From the NCBI RefSeq assembly GCF_000281045.1, contig NW_008246096.1, forward strand, positions 287,727-348,454: a DNA stretch of 60,728 bases, read 5' to 3'. Positions 37,813-47,300 of the stretch are shown here, piece by piece. Both the position numbers and the translations under genes were made by a program. Position 1 is the first letter of the stretch; the number at the start of each line of letters is the position of its first letter. The notes below the pieces were generated by a model. That model was not told where the DNA came from and searched no databases. It saw only the letters and a program-made list of their open reading frames with translations. This DNA is from Saprolegnia diclina VS20. Taxonomy: Eukaryota.

Positions 37813-39682
37813 CTAAGGCTGCCTCTTCTTTCTCAACGTCTTCTCGACGGGGTCGTCGTCCAAGTCGTCGGGCACTTCGTTCAGGAACGTCCCGGTGCCC
37901 TTGAGTTCGTTGAGGAGCTCTTCCATTTTGCGGCGGAAGAACTTGATTTGCGCAAGGTACCGGTCCCGGCCATTCGTCGCGCGCCGCTCGCGTTCGTACG
38001 ACGGCATCTTCAGGACCGTGTCAACCGCATCGCAGATGTAGCTCCCGTGCACGTCGTACTCCATGCTCGTGGCGTTGCGCAGGCCGTGTTTGTACTTGAA
38101 GTCGGGCGCGAGCATTTGGTGTCTAACGTTCAGATTCAGATTTACAAATCTCATCTCAATGCCGTCGCACCCGGCGCTCGGGATGACGTCGGCCGCAATG
38201 AGCACGCCCGAGTTGGCATCGACGAGCTCGTTCATCGGTGCGCCGTTGGTCGTGAGCACCAACGCGCCCGAGGCGCGTGCTTGGTTGATATAGTGGCCAA
38301 AGCTAGATCATTCATGTCATTTCCACAGTGTAGGAAGCACGTACCCTTCCATCTTGCTCGGACAGAGAATGACGGGCGCTTCGGCGAGGAGCTTCCCGAA
38401 GGCGACCGCATTGACATCGTCGCCCCAATGAAACGCAATGTTGGCCGGCGTCGCATTCGCAAAGAGCTCATGATAATGGTCGCGCGACGACTCGTCGAGC
38501 GAGTACAAATCCAAGGGCGGAAGGTCGTCGCGACCAGCCCAGCAGTCGAGGATCTGCCGCGTGCTCTTTTGCGTACTAGACAACATATTGACTATCGAAC
38601 GGTAGACACACGACGATAGAGCTACCTGTGGCCGTTGGCGTGGAAGAAGCGCAGCGAGCGAAAGTCCCGCGGCTTGATGCGCTCGACAGCGTGCTGCTTC
38701 GAGTGCCACTTGGTGAGCGTCGTCGGATCTGACGACGTGTGCTGCGTGTACAGCACGCGTGTCTTGCGCGGGTTGCCTTCCTGCGCGTACCTACACCGCT
38801 TGCATGAGACATTGGTCGAGAGATGGAATGAGTCGTAGTAGGACCAGGCGACGACGCGGCGGTAGCAGTCGCGCGTCTTGCAGAGGACGTAGTCGACGCT
38901 CCAGTAGTGCTGCGCGCGAAGCTCGTGCATTTCAATGTTGGGCATGAGAACCACGGGCTTCTCCTACCACGCGGTCAGGACACGAAATAAGAACGTCGCA
39001 TTGTACATCGGGAAACTTGGCCATGTCGGGGACGCCGCGCCAGTAGTGGTTCATGAGCACAAGTGGCGTCGTCGGGCAGAGCTCAAAGTACGTTGTGAAC
39101 GTCCCTAGAATGGAGCAGCATCGTGGCAGCAGGAAGCGAATTGAAGCGCGTACCATCGGCGCGCTGGAAGCGCATGTCGAATACCCAGTGTGGCAAGGCG
39201 CGCGCGTGCAGGAACTGGACGTACGCCATACCGTCTTCGCAGTAGCCGTGGGAGCGCAAGTCCGACGGAAGAAAGACGTCGACGTCGTGGCAGTCGCCCA
39301 AGTGCTCCAGCAGCAGCGCGTGGTCCATCTCGGGCGTGAGGAGAAGCCGGTTGGTGCCGTTGGTTTGGAACGAGATCACAGCGTCCTTGGCATTGAGGCA
39401 GATCTCGTTGAGTGTGTTCATCTCGAGGAGGTCGGCCACGAGGCGGTTCCGGTCGTATTTGCTCGGCCCACGCAGGCTAAGGTCGAAGCCATAGCTGTTG
39501 TTGTAGGCGCCGACAAAGAAGAGCTGGAGGGCGACCAGGGCGAGGACGCTCAGGAGCAGGACGCGGGTCAGCCGGATGCTGTAGCAAGCCGCGTGGCTGT
39601 CGCGGAACTGGTGCTACAGCCATGTCCATCAGCGGCCACCACGACAGAGGCGGCTACGTACCTGGAACTTGCCCACCGCCAT
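37813..39682 (-). CDS. Type II membrane GT-B glycosyltransferase (GT4/Glycos_transf_1-like), multi-exon
   Basis: N-terminal TM segment RVLLLSVLALVALQLFFVGAY. Spliced C-terminal motif ILCPSKMEG|FGHYINQARASGALVLTTNGAPMNELVD is a variant of the GT4 EGFG..EA motif. Confidence 0.75.
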
Positions 39683-39991
39683 CGCCGCCCGGAACTCTCC
39701 TGCCAGCACGTCGGGTTGGATTGAATGCGACTCGCACTTGATTGGTCAAAATGCAAAACGTTCAACCAATCCGACGCGTCAGTACCACGAGGTTTTGCAC
39801 ACGTCGGAACGCGTTGACGCAATTTTAAATCCCTTGATTTTTGTATCGCAGCCGTATTTGCGTCGACGCACTTTTGCGACACCATCTGGTACGCGACCTT
39901 TTTCTGAGATTGCACTTGGTGTGTCTATTCGCGACCGCTCTTTCTCGGTCGACGCAATTATTGACACAAGTATTGACGCAAATTCGACGGA

Positions 39992-40814
39992 ATGACCTTC
40001 CGCTGCGTGACCCAGCGCTGCGAGGCCGCCACGCTTCTCATCGTTCGCCGCCTTGCGCTGCCTCCAAGCTCATGCATCTACGCCATGGCGTAGGACAACG
40101 TCGACGAGACCGTGAGTATCGGCAAAGGGTACGCGCGCTACCCCGAGGCGCCGCATGCTAACGATGGGTTAGCCTCATCCTCTATGTGTCGTGGGCAAAA
40201 GGAGCGACCGCCGACGACTTGCCCAAGATTGGTGCGTTCGCGCATCTCACACTCGGCGCTTATGCTCAGGGCTAGTCAAATCGCTGCTAACGATTCGCCT
40301 GCTCAGCGCTCCGTCGGGCAAACCCCAAAGCATCTGCGAAGGTACTCGTACCGTACACCATTTATATGACGAAGCTGCTGCGCAGCGTCCACGGCGAGCG
40401 ACGAGCCGGTCCATGTGCTTGTCGTGCCCCAAGCGGCGCTCACCTCCAAGGTCCAGCGAGGCAAGAACTTGCAGTAGGTCGACTTGTTTCCGTGCCTTCT
40501 CGACGCCACAAGCGCGTAGGTACCACGGGCAGCTCGGCAAGGACGAGGGCGCCGAGGCTCTGTATCTCGCATTCGTCCAGCTACTTGGCGATATGGCCAA
40601 GGACCTCGTGCAAGGTACAACGTCCGGTACGTCTTCACGGTCATCCCATACTGCACCAACGCATGCGACAGAGCCACGACTGCCCGTCATCCGCGCCGGC
40701 ACCTTTGGCAATCGTCAAGTCCGACTATTTGACCAACTCAGACAGTCATCACACTCCTTGTAGACGCTCGAGTTTCGATCGGAAGGACCGTTCACGCACA
40801 TGTTGGAGATGTAA
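39992..40814 (+). CDS. DTD2: D-aminoacyl-tRNA deacylase 2 (DTD2/ATD-like), about 7 short introns
   Basis: Hand-spliced protein MTFRCVTQRCEAATLLI|DNVDETVSIGKG|LILYVSWAKGATADDLPKI|VKSLLTIRL..KPQSICE|..VLVVPQAALTSKVQRGKNLQ|YHGQLGKDEGAEALY..|..IRAGTFGNRQ|TLEFRSEGPFTHMLEM is colinear with metazoan DTD2 (PQATL, QYH, GTYGNRQ, GPFTH). Confidence 0.85.
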
Positions 40815-40884
40815 AGAAGTGGAAACAAAAGCGGTCTCTATGGTGGCGCTACGACTATCTCGCTTACAAGCGATGCCACGAGCT

Positions 40885-41629
40885 TTAGACACGCGGCTCG
40901 GAGATGTCACCGACGAGTGCGTCGAGCGCCCGCACAATGTCGGCGGTCGACGCCCGGAGCTTGACGTCGACGGCACCGCCACCGAGCCAGACGTAGCCGA
41001 GAGGAAGAATCGCGCTCGATACGACCACCTAGTTGCACGGTGAACGAATGCCATGCGGCACGCGAGGCGCACCGGGATCGGCGTCTTCATGCCAAAGGGC
41101 GAGACGCCGTTGAACTGGAAGCCCGTCAGCTCGTCCGAGACGTCGGTCGCTGCATGCTGAAAGTTGACGTGCTTGCGCGAGACCTTGGCGTCCTTGCCAG
41201 CATCACGCACGAGCTTGGCGACCTTGTCCGCGTTCACCTTGGCCTCGTACTGCACGATGACGCACACATAGCTACCTCGACGTCATGCCATGGCGATGAG
41301 GTTTGGGCGTACGTACCGCGGGGCGTGAACCATCTCTGCCTTCCACGCAACGTTCTCCATGATGATGCTCTTGCACAGTTGGCTCGTCTTGCAGTTCAGG
41401 AGCTGCCTATTGCAGCGGCGGCGTCAACCCGCCCTTTTGCATGCGTGGCGACGTACGCACGCTGCGATAGCGACCAGTCGTAGTACGCTGCCGGGGCCAC
41501 GTGCAAGGCAGCGCTGGCTACTTGCTCTTGCCGCAGGTGCTGCACGACGCGCGCAACGTTCTCCATCGCAATCACGCGCTGCTCGAGGGCGTCTGCCCGC
41601 GCCTCGATCGCCGCCACTCGGCTGTCCAT
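40885..41629 (-). CDS. YbaK/aminoacyl-tRNA editing-domain protein (3 introns)
   Basis: YYDWSLSQRA|QLLNCKTSQLCKSIIMEN..|YVCVIVQYEAKVN..ELTGFQFNGVSPFGMKTPIP|VVVSSAILPLGYVWLGGGAVDVKL shows YbaK/ProX-fold motifs. Confidence 0.8.
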
Positions 41630-42741
41630 TCCTGCCGCAAAATGGCCTGGCACAGTATCCGGACGAGGTGGCACGGTATCCGGAGGAACGGAAGATACGC
41701 TTTGGACTGCCCCGAGGGAGTGACACATACGCAAGTCCCACGCACCGCACCGTGACGCATTGGCGTGACGACGCACTGGAGCTTGAACGCACCACACGAT
41801 GTCCGCACCAGGAGCGTCATTGCGCTCGTCGAGCCGGCTCCATCTACCAGCAGATCGCCGTCAACAGAAGAGCCGAGAGAAGTTGAGGCTCGGTCCGCCC
41901 ATGTCTCTGTTCCTTTCTCGATCAAAAGAGCCCATGGAAAGATGCCTGGCTGCATAGCCTTGATATAACGAGGTACACGCACGGAATGGCCTTGGTCGAT
42001 CCATGCGGCAGGTCGCTGGCAAGGCCTTCCCGTCGCTGGTCACGTTGGGCGTTGCAGGTTCGCGAGGCTGAGCTTCGCATTTCACGCTCGTGAAACCGTC
42101 GCATCTAGCATTTTAACGCCGTATTTAATGTTACATACAATGGACTCATACATGCCGAATATAATTTTGAACGTAAAAATAGAACGAACGCGCGCGTAAT
42201 AATTCATTCCTGCCGCCTATTTTAATTCGGAGAAAGCCGGGCCGACGCGGTTTCAACGGCAGCGCACTAATTACACGCAACTTCAGCCCAAGTACCCAGC
42301 ACGGCAAGGGAGGAAGCGAGTATCCTGCAAGGTTGTCGTGCGAGTTCCTGCAGCAGCGTCCCCCATCATTCGATGCACCATGAGAGACGTCATTTCGTTG
42401 AAGGAAAAGACGGCCAAAATTTCAGCGACGCGCCCGAGATCTTTCGACGAGCACCACCGACTTCAATATCGTCTGAAGGCCTTTGACGTCTGCAGTGCTT
42501 CCACATGCTTGCATATGGCGCGACGCTTCCACTGCATTGGACCATCTCGAGCTAAAAGGCCTTGGTCGGCGCCTCGCAAACAACAGAATTCGGGCGCGCC
42601 AGTTGCGTGCTTCTAGTCCATGGGCCGATTTCGATTTATGATATATTATATTTCGCAACGCATATATTGTATTATGGGTCTTTCCTGCCAAATTACTAAC
42701 TTGGGGTTGGGCCAAAAAAGGGCCAAACCGCATTTTGCAGC

Positions 42742-44082
42742 ATGCCCGTCGACGACGCGAGCAGCGAGGTGGGCTCAACGACGTCCCAGCGGCGCCAGAC
42801 GTACCGCAGCAACACGGTCGACAGCCTCACGGCAAGCGTCAACGACTCGAGCTTCACGAGCTCGGCGCAGTACGACTCGACCAACGAGTATGCCTCCAGC
42901 CCCATGGGCAAGAAGTCGGCGCATGCGGACGCAGCACGCGAGTCGCTGGCGCACATGTCCGTGCACGATCTCGCAGCGCCGCCGCGCAGTGGCCAGCGTG
43001 ACAGCCTCATCTTCCGCGGCAGCGAGGCGCTGCAACACATGGACCCGAGCATGCACGACGTGCGGCAGGGGCCGTCGCGACCGCCCGTGATCGTCGAAAA
43101 CACCGAAGGCTACTCGCCATTGCTGCTCGCCGCCCGATCCGGCGATGTGGTCGAGGTGAATGCGCTCCTGGTACAGCCCGGCACGGATGTCTTGCGGCGC
43201 GACCCAGCGTTTGGCCAAAGCGCGTTGCACTTTGCAGTTCGTGGCGGCCACATGAGCGTGCTCAAGGCGCTCCTCTCGCCCCGCATCGTCTCGTCGATCA
43301 TCAACCTCCCGGACAACCGACGCAACACGGCGCTGCATTTGGCGGCAGCGAAATCGCGCCGGATCACCAAGATGCTACTGGACCACGGCGCTGACACGCA
43401 GTTCTTCAACGTACGCAACCAGACGCCGCTCGGCGTGCACATCATTACGACGACGAAGGACGACCCGATGCTCTGCGAAATGCTCTTGCGCTACAAGGCG
43501 GACCCGAACGCTGCCGTCGACCAGTCGACGCTCCTCCACGTTGCACTCGATAAGGGTCTCGTCGAGATTGCGCTGCGGCTCGTGCGCCACGGCGCGCGGC
43601 TCGACAACTTGGACGAGAACAAGAAGACGGTCTTTGAGAAGCTTGACAAGCCCCTCCTCAAGCGCCTCTTGCACAAAGTCAACCAGTCGCCGGTCTGGAT
43701 CGACGACAAGGCGCGCGCCGGTTGCATGCTCTGCGACAAAAAGTTCTCGCTCGGCACGCGCCGCCACCACTGCCGGTACTGCGGCCGCCTCTGCTGCAGC
43801 GAATGCGGCGGCGGGCGCGTCGCGGCCTTCAAGTTTCCCCAAGGCTTTGACAACCGGTTGAAAGCGCACGGGTCGACGCCCAACCACAAGCCGCAGCGCG
43901 TCTGCAACGTGTGCTTTGGCGTCCTCAACGAGCAGCAAAAGGAGCTCGGCCGGGACGACCTCCGCGACCGACCGTCCGACTTGGACCAGTTTGTCGACCG
44001 CCAGCTCAACGTCGAGTGGGATGAGATCAAGGGCCAGCACAATCACCCCATTGTGCCACAAAAGCTCTCGGGCAAAGAGTAG
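42742..44082 (+). CDS. Ankyrin-repeat + FYVE zinc finger protein
   Basis: Ankyrin repeats (GYSPLLLAA, GQSALHFAV, RNTALHLAA, TLLHVAL). FYVE signature WIDD..CMLC..RRHHCRYCGRLCC..RVC. Confidence 0.92.
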   Translation: MPVDDASSEVGSTTSQRRQTYRSNTVDSLTASVNDSSFTSSAQYDSTNEYASSPMGKKSAHADAARESLAHMSVHDLAAPPRSGQRDSLIFRGSEALQHMDPSMHDVRQGPSRPPVIVENTEGYSPLLLAARSGDVVEVNALLVQPGTDVLRRDPAFGQSALHFAVRGGHMSVLKALLSPRIVSSIINLPDNRRNTALHLAAAKSRRITKMLLDHGADTQFFNVRNQTPLGVHIITTTKDDPMLCEMLLRYKADPNAAVDQSTLLHVALDKGLVEIALRLVRHGARLDNLDENKKTVFEKLDKPLLKRLLHKVNQSPVWIDDKARAGCMLCDKKFSLGTRRHHCRYCGRLCCSECGGGRVAAFKFPQGFDNRLKAHGSTPNHKPQRVCNVCFGVLNEQQKELGRDDLRDRPSDLDQFVDRQLNVEWDEIKGQHNHPIVPQKLSGKE

Positions 44083-44396
44083 GAAGCTCGCCATGGCACC
44101 AGATGCGAACGCGTCGCCACCCATCTACTTGATTTTCAACAAACCGACTTGCTTCCTAGTTGTTCTTATTGAAGCGTTGGAGTCAGAGCCGAGAGGGAAG
44201 TCGCGACCTCCATCTTTGAGCGGCGATGGTCATTTTGTGCATTGAACCGCACTAAGATCTCAACGGGCCCCGAAAAACCCTACCCCTCGTACATTTCACG
44301 ATCCAGCGACGCTCCCAACGGCGAGCAACCAAGGCCATCCCTGCCACCTTCTTGGGCCATTGTGCTGCGTTGCTTTTTCAGAATTAGCCGATTACG

Positions 44397-47300
44397 CTAG
44401 AGCGGTGGAAGGAGGGTGCTCAACAGCGAGAGCAAGGTCGGCCACGTCGCGTCACGCGACGATGTGCGGTGGAGCAGGCGCGTCACGACGGCGAGCAGCG
44501 TCCCATTTCGCTTCCAAAAGGCTGGCGGCGCGACAAGCACGAGATGGAGCAGGAGCTGCAGCGTCGGCGCGTGAAGCCGCGTGCACTGGCCAACGAGGAT
44601 CGCGAGCAGAACGTCCAAAAAGAGCTTTTCGTCGCTGAGCGAATTCAAGCAGCCGCGCAAAACATGCGGCGCAAGCTCGTCGATCGGCACGGCGGAGGTG
44701 AGCGCGACGGCCAATTCGAGCTGTCCGAGGAGCCGCCAGAGGTAGCCGAGGTCGTGGGCTGTCTCATGGCACGCGGTCGATAGGACCGACGGCAGTAAGA
44801 GCGCGGTGAGCACGACGCCATGGGCGACGCTGGACGTATGAAACAGCATCGCCTTGGCCGTGCGCACGACGATGGCCTCGGTCTCGGGCGACGTGAGCTG
44901 TTGCGAAAGCGCGAGAAGAATGTCGAGCGTGCAGTCGACCACATGGGGCTTCCACTGCGGCGGCCGTCGCGCCAGGAGCATGTCCTGCACAATAGGCTCA
45001 AAGAACGACGGTTTGCTCACGAGGGCGTGCAAGAGGCTCAGTGACGGACCTTGCAGCGAGAGCGGGTCCAGCGTCGGCGCACTCAGTGGGCTCTGCGCAT
45101 GTTTGAGGAGCGCAATCGCGACCCAGAGCAGCTGCGGGAAAAGCACGAGCTTGGACGATGGCATGGCCTGCGCCAAGTGCGTGAGCGTCAAGAGGTACTC
45201 GTGCACGAACGCGATCGCATCGACATCGTCGAGCGCCGACCGCAAAAGGCCAAGCAAATGCACACACGCCGGCCCGCTAAAGCGCGGCTGCAACACGCGG
45301 TAGACGTAGAGACTGCACTGGGCATAGAGCTGTTGTTGCGCACTGCCCGTGGCGCCACCAAACGCCGCCTGGCATGCGTCGGCCCACGCGGCCGTCTCGC
45401 ATTCCGGAAGCGCGCTGCCTAATGGCGCCAAAAGCTCGCGGAGTTCATCCAAGCTCGGCGTCGAGGGGCGGTCGAGACATGCCCGGAGTCGCATACCGAC
45501 GTTGGCCGACGTTGCCTCCAGCACGCGCGCACAGTCGACGGCAACCGCGGAGCGCAGAGCCTCGTCCTGCACGTGCCAAAGCGGCTGCGTTGACGCGTAG
45601 CCGTAGAGCACCGAGACGGCCAAGTGTTTGAGCACCTGCCTGTGCGCGGCGCTACAGGCATGCAAGTGCGGCGCAAGGAAGGCGATCGTCCGCGCGGCGG
45701 TGTCGAGGACGCGGTCGTGTCGTCGCCGCTCGTCGTCGTCGTACGCAAGGGTCGCGGCCGTCAACCGCTCGACCTCCACACACGATAGAATCCATTTGGC
45801 CGTCGTGAGCCGTTCGTTCGACTCGATGGCGTAGACGAGCCCAAGCAGTGCTTGCAAATTGGCCTCGGACGCGACGAGCTCCGTCCAGAGCCGGGCCACA
45901 GCCGGCACTTGGAGGTCGGTAGTGACGCGGAAGAGGAGAGCATGGACGTTGGCCGTCGAGTTGAGGCTGTGCACCCACGGTACCGCCATCTCGAGCAATC
46001 GCGACTGGACGAGTATGCTCGGGCACTTGTGCACAAATGTCAAGAGCGCAGCGACAACGTCGTGGGACACGCTCTTGTAGGTGCTGGCGACGCGCTGGGC
46101 GACCCAGAGACCGGCCGCGGTGGTCCCAAGCGGAACGCTCAGCGTTCGCTCCATCGACATTGTCGTCTCGGGCGTCTCGAGCAGCGTGAGGAGGATCTGC
46201 ATGCCGTTGTTCGTCTCCATGTGCAAGAGGCCCACCAAAAGCAGCTTTGGAAAGCTTGTGCTCGCTCGAAACTCGGCGCCGAGGTCCAGTAGAACGTCGG
46301 CGATGAGCGTCACATACTCGTTCGCACAAGGACGGGTCAGAAGGCACCGCTCAATGCACACAGCGAGCGCCTCGTCGTTGCCACTGGAGAGGAGGAGACG
46401 CACGCCGTTGCCAAGGAGGCGACGAATGCGACCAAAGATACTCGCGCGCGCCGGTGGTATTGTTGTCGCCGTCAAGAGCTCGTCGAGCCAGGCAAAGACG
46501 ATCTGTACATCGAACGCCGGGCCGAGGAGGAGCCCCGCAATGGCAGCGCACGCCGCGTGCAAGAGGCCGTAGCGCAACTCGATCCACTCGTCGCGTGTCG
46601 GGCGAAGCGGGTGGCTGCAGCGCGCGTGAGCTTCGTCGACCATTGTCGGCAGCCGTAGCGTCCATACGTGCGGCGTCCACGCCAGCGCGTCCGAGGGTGC
46701 CACGTCACGACTCCATGCTGCGAGTGTTTCAAACCACCGAGCTCGCTGAGACATTGTCAACGCTGCTTCGAGAGGCGGCTCTTGGTTGGGCTCGTCCGCC
46801 ACAAACCCAGTAGCGAGGTTGCTGTGGTGGACAACGGCTTCGAGGATCGCGCAAATATCACTTCGCAACAACAGCGTCGGGCATGAAACGTGGGCGTGAA
46901 CCTTCTCCAAGAAGCCAAGTAATTGCCGCCGGAAGGCTCGCTTGGACCAGATGTGCATGCTGTTGGGGTGTGAGAGGAGGCTGCGGTAGATGCGCGCGAT
47001 TGCCCACGGTAGCTCACTTTGAATCCCCAAGCTCTTGGTCGCGAGCAGTTGGTGCTTCGAACCTCGCTTGGTCATCTTTGGGCCGCCATTCGACAAAAGC
47101 GACGGCGGCGACGTGGGCGGTGAGAGTGCGGTCGCAAGCCACAACTCGGCGCCGCAGAACGCATCGAGCTCTAACGCAGCGAGGTGCTCAAACAAAAGAT
47201 CGTGGGCGCTGACGTGCGTTGCCCCCAGTGCGAGGACGGCGGCTTGCCGCTGATGCCCACTCGGGCTCTTCAAGTACCGACACTGGCGCTCCAGCAGCTG

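Noticed and set aside
37399..38619. 406-aa ORF containing (IYLS)n
   Set aside because: Runs through the ATCT microsatellite and antisense to the glycosyltransferase; artefactual.
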